Source: Chloroherpetonaceae bacterium (lineage in GTDB: Bacteria > Bacteroidota > Chlorobiia > Chlorobiales > Thermochlorobacteraceae). From it: DNA of 64,000 bases. Shown here piece after piece: positions 41,188 through 50,993 of this stretch; position 1 is the stretch's first letter; each line of letters opens with the position of its first letter. The notes beneath the pieces are model-generated. The model had not been told where the DNA came from and did not search any database. It saw nothing but the letters and a program-made list of their open reading frames with translations. The translations under genes and the position numbers were made by a program. The stretch covers positions 159,027 to 223,026 of the forward strand of contig JBKBRB010000002.1 of assembly GCA_046292465.1 (NCBI GenBank), read 5' to 3'.

Positions 41188-43977
41188 ATGAAGAAATTTC
41201 TCTTACTGTTGGTCTCTGCTTTTTCTCTTCCCCTTTTCGCTCAAAGCGTGGTGGTGAATAAATACTTCAATCAAGGCACGACTGCACCAGGTCCAGCGGG
41301 CGACGTGGTCGAGCTCTTGGTGATTCAAAACAACCTCGACATGCGCGGTATGATTGTTAAGGATTTCACCACCAGCATGACAAACGACGGTGGCGGGAAA
41401 TTTACTTTTACCAACGTTTCACTTTGGAGCAGTGTGCCGTCAGGCACGCTGATTGTGTTGCGCAACGATAATTCAGCGGCAGATACCGACCCTTCTGATT
41501 TTGTGATCGATGTTGGGCTTCGTAATACGACTTATTTCACGGGCGATAATCCCACAGGCTTCGACATTGCCACAACCGAGATGATTATGATTAAAGCCGC
41601 AGGAAGTGGCACAGCGGGCGTCAATGGCAGTATTCACGCGCTTGCAGGTGGCACAGCGGGCGCACAGTTCAATGCAACGGCACCTCCGAAATTGATTGCC
41701 TCCCAAACGGTGGGCGCACAGCGTTTTGTCGCCGCGAATAGCTCCACGCAATCGCTTGCCGATTTCAACGGCACAGATGCAACAGGCAACTTGCAGAACT
41801 TAACCTTTGGTCAAGGCAATAATCCGAACAATACGGCGTTCATCACTTCGCTTCGCAGTGCCAATCCGAATCCGTCGCTCCAAGTGGTTATTGACGGCGT
41901 TCCGATTCCGAAGGATAGCAGTTTTTCATTTCCAACTGTTACGGCGAATACTTCTCTGACACGCACTCTCGTGGTGAGAAACACAGGTCAAGCACCGCTC
42001 ATTATTGATACGGTGGTGCTTTCTGCGCCGAATGGGGCTTTCACTCTGCAAAATTTGCCGTCGTTTCCTGATACGCTGTTGCAAAGCGCGCAATTCACTG
42101 CACAGATTGTTTTCTCACCTGCCGATACAGGCTCGTTTGTAGCAGGTTTGTTAATTGATACCAACGACCCATTAAACGACCCCTACACCGCTAACATTTT
42201 TGGACGCGCACAAGGCACAGGCGGACTTATCACGATTGCGGCGGCACGCGCCTTGCCACTCGGCTCAGTTGTTACCGTTGGCGGACGCATTACTGTTGCC
42301 AATCAATTTGGCGGACCTGCCTATTTTCAAGATGCAACCGGCGGCATGGCGGCGTTTATTCCCGCGCTTCATGCACAAGCACAACTTGGCGACTCGGTTG
42401 TGATTACAGGCGCAACGACAGAGTTTCAGCCAGCACCTAATCAACCGGGCACAGGCTTGTTTCAAATTTCTGAAGTCAATAACATCACGCCGACCTTTCA
42501 AATTATTCCGGGCGGACAAGTGCTCGTTCAGCCGCGCGTCGTTACCAATTCGCAAATCAACGAAGCCCTTGAAGGCACGCTCGTTGTTGTTGAAGATGCC
42601 ACGATTCGTCAATTAAACTCCACCGCTGTTCCCTTCGCATTTCAAGGAAATACAAACTATCGTTTCACCGATGCATCAGGCGAAATTCAACTTCGGATTG
42701 ATAACGATGTAACCTCGCTGATTGGCGCGACCGCACCCATTAACCCCGTTACCGTTACAGGCGTTGTGAGCGAGTTTCGTGGCACACGCCAAATTTTGCC
42801 ACGCTTTGCGCAAGACATTCCCGGCGTGTCTACTTTTGTGATTCCTTACGAAAACATTCCGCGTGATTCGACATTTGAAGTGGCAACTTGGAACATTACC
42901 TGGTTTGGTAGCCCGACCAACGGTCCGCAAGACCGCGATTTACAGTTGCGCAACGCCGCACGCGTGATTCGCACGGTCGACGCCGACCTTTGGGCGTTGC
43001 AAGAAATCAGCGACAATTCCTATTTCAGAGGCTTGCTCGATACGCTTGGCACCGGTTGGAACGGCTTTGTTGCGCCGATTACGCAAACACAACGCACCGC
43101 CTACATCTACAAAACATCAACGATTGATAGCGTCTCGGCGTCGTTCACTTTCACCACTGGCGATTGGGCAAATGGACGCTGGCCTTACGAATTTGTGTTT
43201 GATGCTACCATCGGCGGCATTACCAAGCGCATTCACGCCGTCAACATTCACGCAAAAGCCACGCAGGATAATCCCATCAACGACTACAACCGTCGCGTTG
43301 CCGATTCACAACAACTTAAAACTTGGTCTGACGCCAACCGCCCCACGCAGAACTACATGATTTTGGGCGATTACAACGATGATGTTGATGTTTCAACCGT
43401 CAATAATCTTCCCTCGCCATATGCGAATTTTGTCAACGATTCGCTTAACTACAAGGTCGTTACGAAGTCATTGAGTTTGCGCCGATTGCAATCGCAAACA
43501 TCGGGCGAAATGATTGACCACATTATGATTTCCAACGAACTTTATGGCGTGCACATGGACAGCACCGAGCGCGTTGAAAATCCGTCGTATATCGGCAGTT
43601 ATCTTTCCACGACGTCTGACCACTACCCTGTTTGGACGCGCTTCGATTTCAGACGGCTTTCTTCAACACCACGCGAAAATGCTTCGCCAAAGGCTTTCGC
43701 ACTTGAACAGAATTATCCGAATCCGTTTAATCCTACAACAACCATCGCTTATCAGTTGGCTTCTTTTAGCGATGTGAAGTTGGAAGTGTTTGATGTGCTT
43801 GGGCGGAAAGTCGGAACGCTTGTGAACTCGCGCCAAGCCGCAGGTGCATACCGCGTGAATTTCAATGCAAGCCATCTTGCAAGCGGGGTGTATTTCTATC
43901 GCTTGCAAGCAACGGCAACAAATGGCACGTCAAACGCAACCTTCGTGCAGACGAAGAAAATGATGCTGGTCAAGTAA
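41188..43977 (+). CDS. ExeM/NucH-like extracellular endonuclease (lamin-tail domain, OB-like modules, EEP nuclease domain) with T9SS C-terminal sorting domain
   Basis: A signal peptide is present. The LTD-like region reads VVVNKYFNQG...GDVVELLVIQNNLDMRG. OB-like modules include LGSVVTVGGRITV...YFQDATGGMAAF and VTVTGVVSEFRGTRQILPR. The EEP motifs are ATWNITWFG, LWALQEI and SDHYPVW. The CTD reads NYPNPFNPTTTIAY...VFDVLGRKV...GVYFYRLQ...KKMMLVK. Confidence 0.8.
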   Translation: MKKFLLLLVSAFSLPLFAQSVVVNKYFNQGTTAPGPAGDVVELLVIQNNLDMRGMIVKDFTTSMTNDGGGKFTFTNVSLWSSVPSGTLIVLRNDNSAADTDPSDFVIDVGLRNTTYFTGDNPTGFDIATTEMIMIKAAGSGTAGVNGSIHALAGGTAGAQFNATAPPKLIASQTVGAQRFVAANSSTQSLADFNGTDATGNLQNLTFGQGNNPNNTAFITSLRSANPNPSLQVVIDGVPIPKDSSFSFPTVTANTSLTRTLVVRNTGQAPLIIDTVVLSAPNGAFTLQNLPSFPDTLLQSAQFTAQIVFSPADTGSFVAGLLIDTNDPLNDPYTANIFGRAQGTGGLITIAAARALPLGSVVTVGGRITVANQFGGPAYFQDATGGMAAFIPALHAQAQLGDSVVITGATTEFQPAPNQPGTGLFQISEVNNITPTFQIIPGGQVLVQPRVVTNSQINEALEGTLVVVEDATIRQLNSTAVPFAFQGNTNYRFTDASGEIQLRIDNDVTSLIGATAPINPVTVTGVVSEFRGTRQILPRFAQDIPGVSTFVIPYENIPRDSTFEVATWNITWFGSPTNGPQDRDLQLRNAARVIRTVDADLWALQEISDNSYFRGLLDTLGTGWNGFVAPITQTQRTAYIYKTSTIDSVSASFTFTTGDWANGRWPYEFVFDATIGGITKRIHAVNIHAKATQDNPINDYNRRVADSQQLKTWSDANRPTQNYMILGDYNDDVDVSTVNNLPSPYANFVNDSLNYKVVTKSLSLRRLQSQTSGEMIDHIMISNELYGVHMDSTERVENPSYIGSYLSTTSDHYPVWTRFDFRRLSSTPRENASPKAFALEQNYPNPFNPTTTIAYQLASFSDVKLEVFDVLGRKVGTLVNSRQAAGAYRVNFNASHLASGVYFYRLQATATNGTSNATFVQTKKMMLVK

Positions 43978-44044
43978 TGAATAATGAATAATGAATAGCG
44001 AGTAGTGAAGAATGACGTTACTCATTAGTTCGTCGTTGCAAACA

Positions 44045-44140
44045 GAGTGAGGAATCCAAGTGAGTTGAGAATTAAGAGTGAAGAATTAAAAGTTGAAGGC
44101 ATCTGCTCACTTTTAACTCTTCACTATCAACTCTTAACTC
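44045..44140 (+). repeat. about 96-bp hairpin-forming intergenic repeat, copy A
   Basis: GAGTGAGGAATCCAAGTGAGTT...TTAAGAGTGAAGAATTAA...CTTTTAACTCTTCACTATCAACTCTTAACTC. It is nearly identical to the reverse complement of 52912-52999. The internal arms (about 33 nt) are imperfectly complementary. It sits inside the larger nested inverted repeat 43978-44235. Confidence 0.85.
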
Positions 44141-44235
44141 ATTGACGCTTTGCTCCGTTCAGAATGACAAATTCGTTCATCATTGCTCATTCCTCATTCC
44201 TCGTTACTCATTTTTCATTAGAATGGCTTTGCTTT

Positions 44236-44652
44236 TCAATCTTGGTGAATCATTTGAAATTCGGGAATTGGAACTTCAAACGGCTCGCCGTGAATGAGAT
44301 AGATATTGTTCTCATTGAAATAGCCTTCGGGCTCGGATTCGTAGGTGAATGTTCCGTAGTAAGAGCCATATGCACTGCCGTAGCGCGAGAGCATGACCAT
44401 GTAGCTGCGGTAAGTAAATTTTTCGCCGGGTTTGAGAATTGGAAACTCACCGACAACGCCTGCTCCCTCGACGATTCGGTCTTTCATATCGCCGTCTTTA
44501 ATCACCCACTTTCGTGAATGAATTTGAACCGTGTAGGGCGATGAATTATGAATTGAGATGGTATAAGCGTAGGCGTATTTGTAGGGTGGCTCAATATGCT
44601 CTGGCGCGATTTCAACCAGCCTATCGAGTATAACTTGGCAAATATCTGTCAT
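44236..44652 (-). CDS. apaG: ApaG (DUF525) protein
   Basis: YAYAYTISIHNSSPYTVQIHSRKWVIKDGDMKDRIVEGAGVVGEFPILKPGEKFTYRS is the ApaG pattern. I chose the ATG at 44652; the track ORF starts at 44703. Confidence 0.85.
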   Translation of the reverse strand: MTDICQVILDRLVEIAPEHIEPPYKYAYAYTISIHNSSPYTVQIHSRKWVIKDGDMKDRIVEGAGVVGEFPILKPGEKFTYRSYMVMLSRYGSAYGSYYGTFTYESEPEGYFNENNIYLIHGEPFEVPIPEFQMIHQD

Positions 44653-44758
44653 TTGTAAATTTGAGATAGTTAAGTGAAAAGCTCGCTGATAAGTTTGCGG
44701 CACTGAATTATTTCAGCCCTTTCAGTAAATTTAAGCGCTAACAAAACACATCTCTTGA

Positions 44759-45700
44759 ATGAAAATTGCAATTGTTACCGATTCTTCTTGCGATTTACCC
44801 CAAGACATTCTCTATCAATACAACATCCGCGAAGTGCCGTTTAAGGTCATTGTTGATAACACGGTTCGCTACGACAATCGTATCGACATTGACCGAGAGT
44901 CTTTTTACGACGAGATACTCAAAGGTCGGCACTCAATAAAAATCGAGGAGCCGAGCGTTGACGATTTCATTCAAGTCTACAAAAAACTCGCGCCGAACTA
45001 CGATGGCGTGATTTCAATTCATCAATCGACGCAATTTAGCAACACAATTAAGAACGCACGTGCAGCAGCAATTCAAGGTGCAGACATCTACCACAAGCTC
45101 CGCTCCCAAAAAAACATCACGACACGATTTCAAATTCGCATTCTCAATTCAAAAAGCACTTCTATTGGCTTGGGACTGCTCGTGCTTCGCGCCGCCGAAC
45201 TACTTTACGACGAAATCAACTTTACGAAATTCACCAACGAATTGGAGTCGCTTGCCGACAAAACTTTTTTTTACCTCGTTCCGTCCGATTTGTCTTATTT
45301 GCGCAATGCAAAAGAGATTACAAAAGTCTCAATGCTTGAAGCAAGTTTCGCGTCGGTATTAGACCAAAAAATGATTCTCATCTTCAATAAGAACGACATC
45401 GCAAAGCAAAACAAGTTTAAAGGCTTCGATGCCGCCCTGAAAGAAATGCAAACCCTTGCGATGAATCGCTTGCAGGCAACACAATCTTTTGATAAAGTCG
45501 GAATTGTTTTTGCTGGAAACACACGCGATATGGAGCAACTTGCGCCGCTTACTTCGTTTCGTATGGAACTTGCTTCGAGCGGACTGGGGTCGGTGGTTTC
45601 AAGTTTATGCCCCGCAGTCGGTTTTTATGCAGGACCAAAAGCCGTTGGCGTTGCTATTCTTAACGGCGACTTAAATGTGATGCAACTTATCGGACGATAG
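44759..45700 (+). CDS. DegV-family fatty-acid-binding protein
   Basis: MKIAIVTDSSCDLPQDILYQYNIREVPFKVIVD is the DegV N-terminal pattern. ISIHQSTQFSNT is also present. Confidence 0.85.
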   Translation: MKIAIVTDSSCDLPQDILYQYNIREVPFKVIVDNTVRYDNRIDIDRESFYDEILKGRHSIKIEEPSVDDFIQVYKKLAPNYDGVISIHQSTQFSNTIKNARAAAIQGADIYHKLRSQKNITTRFQIRILNSKSTSIGLGLLVLRAAELLYDEINFTKFTNELESLADKTFFYLVPSDLSYLRNAKEITKVSMLEASFASVLDQKMILIFNKNDIAKQNKFKGFDAALKEMQTLAMNRLQATQSFDKVGIVFAGNTRDMEQLAPLTSFRMELASSGLGSVVSSLCPAVGFYAGPKAVGVAILNGDLNVMQLIGR

Positions 45701-45727
45701 CGTCGCTGTTTTTCTCCCATCTTGCTC

Positions 45728-46969
45728 TTAATCCAAATCGCTGGTCAGAATCATGCGCAAAATGCGCCCGTTGTTGGTGTCGGAAATGTAGAGATAAGGG
45801 CGTAAGAAGCAAACGCCTCGTGGGTTGCTTAGTTGGTCAGGATTTCTTTCGTCCACACCAAACTGGCTAAACGAGACGATGACATTGCGGCGGTCTTCAG
45901 CGTTTGGCGGCGGCGGCACACCTTCAACGCCTTGCGAAGTGAATTGATAAAATTTGTTTTGTTCGGAATCCACAATGAAAATAAAATTTCCTGCAACGCT
46001 AATATCGGCAGGGCGCACGAAGCGGTCAGGCTCTCCAAGAAAGCGCGTGCCTAACGCAGGATTTTGATTCAGGAGCGATTCGTCAGGTGAGAACACATCG
46101 CCCGAGGAAGATTGCACGAAGCGTATTCGATGGACTTTGAACGGCTGGGTTGGCACAGTCGTCGTGAAAAGAAAATCAAATGAACTATTCACATCGGGCG
46201 ACTGCGGCGGCACGGCTAAGGTCGTAACGCTTGAAACTGAATCGGCAAATCCATATCCATTCCCATTCACACGAAGCGGCACATTGCCCGGCTCGCGCAG
46301 GGCAGGATTCGGACTATTGACATCAAATCCGCGCGGAAAGAGCAACATCGCATTGCTTGAAACAGCAGGATTGTCGGAGCGAATCGCGCCGGTTCGCGAG
46401 ACGATGAAGGAATTATCAAAAAATGTCGCAATGCCTGTATAACGCACATTTGCATTGGCTTGCGCAATTGATGGCGTCGGATGGCGAAAGACAACTTCGG
46501 GCACTACATCGCTCAAATTTCTTCTTCGCGGAACGCCGCCGACGGTATCGACCAAATTAAGCCTCAAAATCACGGCTTGCTCGACGAGCGTGCCGCCCAA
46601 ACGAATCGTATCGACCGCCGTTACCAACAGTTGCATGTTGCGCGTTTGTGCAATCGCCATGGGCTTACGAATTGGACGCGAAGTGCTAATCACTTCTCCC
46701 GACGCATCAAGATTGACAATTCGGCTTTCGCCTTCTTCGATGAAATAAAACGTGCCGTCGTAGCCTGCAATCACATCGGTTGGTCGGTTAAACGTGTTTC
46801 TTGCAGACGCCGCCCATGGCAGTGGAATGTAGCGCACTGGCACAGGGTCGTTGACGTTTGTTGCAGGAAATTGACTGAAATCCAATTTCTCGCCGCAACT
46901 TGCCGAAAGCAAGGTCAGCACGGCGAGGCTGATGATGTTTCGTATCGTCTTTGTCATGAGTTTGAACAT
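45728..46969 (-). CDS. NHL-repeat-like beta-propeller lipoprotein
   Basis: The lipobox is LLSASC. The C-terminal NHL-like blade reads LSNPRGVCFLRPYLYISDTNNGRILRM, and earlier blades include FYFIEEGESRIVNLD and IFIVDSEQNKFYQF. Confidence 0.6.
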   Translation of the reverse strand: MFKLMTKTIRNIISLAVLTLLSASCGEKLDFSQFPATNVNDPVPVRYIPLPWAASARNTFNRPTDVIAGYDGTFYFIEEGESRIVNLDASGEVISTSRPIRKPMAIAQTRNMQLLVTAVDTIRLGGTLVEQAVILRLNLVDTVGGVPRRRNLSDVVPEVVFRHPTPSIAQANANVRYTGIATFFDNSFIVSRTGAIRSDNPAVSSNAMLLFPRGFDVNSPNPALREPGNVPLRVNGNGYGFADSVSSVTTLAVPPQSPDVNSSFDFLFTTTVPTQPFKVHRIRFVQSSSGDVFSPDESLLNQNPALGTRFLGEPDRFVRPADISVAGNFIFIVDSEQNKFYQFTSQGVEGVPPPPNAEDRRNVIVSFSQFGVDERNPDQLSNPRGVCFLRPYLYISDTNNGRILRMILTSDLD

Positions 46970-46973
46970 ATCC

Positions 46974-47984
46974 TTACAAGTTGAATCCGCCGAGCGAGAG
47001 CGTTAGTCGATGCGTTGCGCCCAGCGTTTTGAAATTCACAAATGCGTAATCGAAGCGGAGCAAGGCGAAACCGATGTTGTATCGCAAGCCTGCACCTAAA
47101 TCGGGAAAGGTTTGTTCTTCGCGTCCGGTGTTGTAGCCTGTGCGCAGAAACAGCAGTTGCCGCCATGCATATTCGAGCGCGATAGAAACCGTCTCGACAT
47201 TGTCGTTGGGGTGATTGAGTTGCGCGAAGACGGTCAGTTTTTGTGTCGGCGCAGAAATCGGGTCTATTGAGACGGCTAATCGGAAAAAGGTTGGCGGGTC
47301 GATGTCGTCAAATGAATCGCGAATCTCTGTGCCGTTGAGCGACGGGCTAACGACTTCCGCTCTGCCCTTTGTGCTTGCACTTCCGCCGAAGTGTTGAAAG
47401 ACGGCGGCAAGCCGCATGCCTGCAAATGGAATTTTGTAGCACACGCCTGCATCGATGAGATACGTTCTGAATTGAAGCGAGGCGATGGTTTGTTGAACGA
47501 AACTTGCTGTTACGCCAAAACTAAATTGTGTGGTCAAACGTCTTGCGAGCAAGAGCGAGGCGGAAATGTCGCCGTAAGCAAAGGTTTCGCCTGTGCCATC
47601 AGGATTGAGTTCCGTCGTTACGGGCATATTCGGCGTATTGAGCGCGATAAACCCCAAGCCGACCGCCCAATCGCTCGTTGGCTTATAGACCATGCTTGCC
47701 GACGAGTGCGCAAGTTCCGCAAACCAAGGCGAATATGAAAACGAAAGGCTATTGCGCTCGACTTCAACTGCGGCGGCCGGATTGATGAACATTGCCGACG
47801 CATCGGACGCGGTCGTTGTATTTGCGCCTGCAAGTGCCGCCTGTTCGGCACTGATGGGAATTTTGAGAAACTGCAATCCCGAAATGCCCGTGCGCTGTCC
47901 GCCCAAATTCGGAAACAGTGATTGTGCCCTCGCATTAAGCGAAATAACCATCAGCAAAAGAAAAAGTAGAACTCGCGTCATCAT
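46974..47984 (-). CDS. PorV/PorQ-family outer-membrane beta-barrel (T9SS-associated)
   Basis: The signal peptide MMTRVLLFLLLMVISLNARAQ starts from the ATG at 47984 (alternative ATG at 48032). GISGLQFLKIPISAEQAALAGANTTTASDASAMFINPAAA follows the PorV/PorQ N-terminal pattern. The C-terminus ends on an aromatic-rich strand. Confidence 0.72.
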   Translation of the reverse strand: MMTRVLLFLLLMVISLNARAQSLFPNLGGQRTGISGLQFLKIPISAEQAALAGANTTTASDASAMFINPAAAVEVERNSLSFSYSPWFAELAHSSASMVYKPTSDWAVGLGFIALNTPNMPVTTELNPDGTGETFAYGDISASLLLARRLTTQFSFGVTASFVQQTIASLQFRTYLIDAGVCYKIPFAGMRLAAVFQHFGGSASTKGRAEVVSPSLNGTEIRDSFDDIDPPTFFRLAVSIDPISAPTQKLTVFAQLNHPNDNVETVSIALEYAWRQLLFLRTGYNTGREEQTFPDLGAGLRYNIGFALLRFDYAFVNFKTLGATHRLTLSLGGFNL

Positions 47985-48064
47985 CAAGTTTTGTAAAGTT
48001 TCTTGTTGGACTTTGCACGCACCGTGTTTCATTTTATTTCCTTTCGCGCCCTCTGAATCACGCC

Positions 48065-50935
48065 TTAAAAATCAATGGCTAATCCGAACAGCACTTGCGT
48101 GGGTGGCAAGTAGCGCGCGGGGTCAAACGGCGGCGGCGATACGCCTCCCAGCCCCAACGCATTTGGGAACAGCGGGTCTTGCTGATTCGCGGGCAACGGG
48201 TCGCCAAATTCGTAAGCGCGTCCTGTTACAGGGTTGATAATTGTGGCGTTCTTGTTGTTGAGCAGGTTTCGCACTTGCAGTGTGAGTTTTCCGTTCGTCA
48301 GCCCAAGCGAGACGCTTTTTTCTACGCTCAAATCAATCCAAAACCATGGCGTTCCGAGTGCGCTAAATCGCTGTTCTAAATCGGCGGTGTATCGCAGTCG
48401 ACCGTTCGGAAAGAAAATCGGCTCGCCGCGCGAATCGCGCTCAACCACGGCAGGCGTGTAGCGCAATCCCGACGAATACTGCGCTTGAACCAAAATCTTG
48501 AAGTCGTTGAGCCACGACAATCCGAACAGCCCAACCGGCTCTTTGTATTGGTAAAGAATTGAGCCTTTGACATCAATCGGTCTATCCCAAGCAAGGAAAA
48601 ATTCTTCGTCGTTGCGGTCGTTGCCTTGAATAATTTGTGCGCGTGTTTCTTCGGCGGAGTTGCTTTTGCCTGTGGCGATTTGATAAGCAAACGAGGTGCG
48701 CGCCTCAATCTGCTTGCCAATGCGCTTGATGTAGGAAATTTCAAGTCCGCGCGTGCGTGCGTAATCTTGATTGAAAAAGGTCGAGCGTGGCGATGTGCTT
48801 CCCGTTCTTGGGTCGGTGTAGCGAATGGTGCGGCTGACGATGAAGTCAAATCGGTCGTTGTAAAACGCTGTCAATACGAGCACATCGTTTGAGGTGATTT
48901 GATTGCGTAATCCAATTTCGTAAGAGACCGTCGTTTCAGGAAGCAAGGCGGGATTGCCCAAAACAGAGTTCGCGGAGTTATCCAAAAAGCGTGTATCCAA
49001 TCCGCTATAAACCCAACGCGGGTGTGGCAGTCGGGACGAATGCACATAGTTCAGATAAAGCATTTGATTGTCCGACACCGGGAAGGAAATGTTGACTTTC
49101 GGAAGCAATCGCAGTTGATAACGCCGACCAAAGAAACTACCTGTCTGGTTGGAATAGGCTTCGCGAAAGGCGTCAATGACGGGGGCTTCGGGATTATTGA
49201 CGGCGTCGTCAGCAAATTTGCCCGGAAACCAATACTGCAAGCGTAAGCCGAGCGTTACAATTAAACCTTTGTATCGAATTTTATCGCTCACAAAAAACGC
49301 CCCTTGCGCAGGATTAACTTGCCAAATATCAAACGCGCTTCCCAATCGGCGCGACGGCTCGCCGGGCAAGACGGGCGCGCCAACCCATGGGCGCAGAATA
49401 TCAATCCATTGATACTCGGAAAATTTCGTCTCCAAGCCGAAGAGAAAGTTGTGAACTTCGTCGTCGGTTTTGTAGTCGACTTGTAAGTTGAGCGTGTAGT
49501 CTTCAACATAGTGGTCGTGCCAAAGCGGCGCAATGCCAGTGTTGATGAAACCGTCAGGTGCGATGGAATACAAAACGGAATCAGGCTGACTCAGCGGCGG
49601 AAGAAGCAAGTATTCAGGATTGCGAATAATGCTTCGCGGGTCTAAATCTTCTTCAATAAAATCCGGTCGCCACGCTCGTCCATTGGCGTCAGCGCGAAGA
49701 TTGACAAACAGCCGATTGAGTTGCAAACGCACAGACGCATTTTTGGAAAAGAGGTGCGACCATTGAATCGATGTCAAGTGCGTTAGATGTGAATAGGTAT
49801 TAGCGTTGTCGGGATTAAGCAGGAACGCATATTGATAGCCGGGCGCAAGTTGGATATTGTTGCCCGTGATTTGAAGCATCTGCGTGTTTTGATTGATATT
49901 CAGCGAGCCTGTGTAAAGGAAGGTGAGTTTATCGGTGTTCGTCGCCTTCCAAGTGAGTTTGAACATGCCCGACCAGCGGTTGTCGTTGAACGGCGTAAAG
50001 AAGTCGCTTGCGATACTTGAACGCAATTTTTTGGCAGGGTTTTGCATGAACTCGTCAGAAAATTGCGTGTTGAGCGAGGTAAAGAAGAAGAGCTTATCGC
50101 GAATTATCGGACCGGAAAACGCGACGTCGTAAAATGTGGTGTTCCAACCAAGACCGGGCAAGTCGAGGTTGTTTGGGCGAACTGGGGTTTTATAGTTGCT
50201 GAATCCGAAGTTATCGCGTCGGTGCGAAAACGAACCGTGCCAATCGTTTGTGCCTTCTTTGGTTTTAAGCGCGATAACGCCTGCGGGCGATTCGCCATAT
50301 TCTGCGCCTGCGCCGCCGGTTGTGATTTCAACTTCTTCCAATGCTTTCGCGCTCAAATCAACGCCGAAGCCTGTGCCTGCCAACGGGTCTGTTGCGGAAA
50401 CGCCGTCGATGTAAGTGCCTGTCTCGTAACTTCTGCCGCCACGAATAAAGACGCCGAAGGGCGTTTGCGTTACGCCGACTTGCGACGCCACAACTTCCTT
50501 AATGTCTCGCGCCGCCGATGTTTCCAGCAAGTCTCTTGAAATCACGCTCGAAGTGCTGGCTTGTTCAATGTCAATCAGCGGTCGGTCACCAATCACAACC
50601 ACTTCTTCCGAGCGAACAGTCGCTTCTTTCATCTTGAAATTATGCACTGACGTCTCGCCCGCTTTGACTTTCACGCCTGTTTTCTGAATTGGCGTGTAGC
50701 CGACGAGCGAAATTTCAATCGTGTATTCGCCCGGATTGACATTTGCAATTTTGTAAGTCCCGTCAACCTTTACCGTTGTGCCATAGTAAGTGCCTTTCAA
50801 ACGAACCGTTGCGCCAACCAACTCTTCGCCTGATTTTTCATCGACGACCGTTCCTGTAATCGTGGCTTTCTCTTGCGCGTATGCCATGATGATACTACAA
50901 AACAGGGCGACGAATAGGGCGTATATCTGCTTCAT
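48065..50935 (-). CDS. TonB-dependent receptor with N-terminal carboxypeptidase-regulatory-like domain
   Basis: The signal peptide is followed by ATITGTVVDEKSGEELVGATVRLKG...GEYTIEISLVGYTP (CarboxypepD_reg). A plug region (IRGGRSYETGTYIDGV) and a long barrel ending ...FGLAIDF follow. Confidence 0.9.
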   Translation of the reverse strand: MKQIYALFVALFCSIIMAYAQEKATITGTVVDEKSGEELVGATVRLKGTYYGTTVKVDGTYKIANVNPGEYTIEISLVGYTPIQKTGVKVKAGETSVHNFKMKEATVRSEEVVVIGDRPLIDIEQASTSSVISRDLLETSAARDIKEVVASQVGVTQTPFGVFIRGGRSYETGTYIDGVSATDPLAGTGFGVDLSAKALEEVEITTGGAGAEYGESPAGVIALKTKEGTNDWHGSFSHRRDNFGFSNYKTPVRPNNLDLPGLGWNTTFYDVAFSGPIIRDKLFFFTSLNTQFSDEFMQNPAKKLRSSIASDFFTPFNDNRWSGMFKLTWKATNTDKLTFLYTGSLNINQNTQMLQITGNNIQLAPGYQYAFLLNPDNANTYSHLTHLTSIQWSHLFSKNASVRLQLNRLFVNLRADANGRAWRPDFIEEDLDPRSIIRNPEYLLLPPLSQPDSVLYSIAPDGFINTGIAPLWHDHYVEDYTLNLQVDYKTDDEVHNFLFGLETKFSEYQWIDILRPWVGAPVLPGEPSRRLGSAFDIWQVNPAQGAFFVSDKIRYKGLIVTLGLRLQYWFPGKFADDAVNNPEAPVIDAFREAYSNQTGSFFGRRYQLRLLPKVNISFPVSDNQMLYLNYVHSSRLPHPRWVYSGLDTRFLDNSANSVLGNPALLPETTVSYEIGLRNQITSNDVLVLTAFYNDRFDFIVSRTIRYTDPRTGSTSPRSTFFNQDYARTRGLEISYIKRIGKQIEARTSFAYQIATGKSNSAEETRAQIIQGNDRNDEEFFLAWDRPIDVKGSILYQYKEPVGLFGLSWLNDFKILVQAQYSSGLRYTPAVVERDSRGEPIFFPNGRLRYTADLEQRFSALGTPWFWIDLSVEKSVSLGLTNGKLTLQVRNLLNNKNATIINPVTGRAYEFGDPLPANQQDPLFPNALGLGGVSPPPFDPARYLPPTQVLFGLAIDF

Positions 50936-50993
50936 TTTCTAATGCGTCTCTAATCGTTTAGTTCTCTTGTTGGAGTTTTATCTCGTTCAAATT

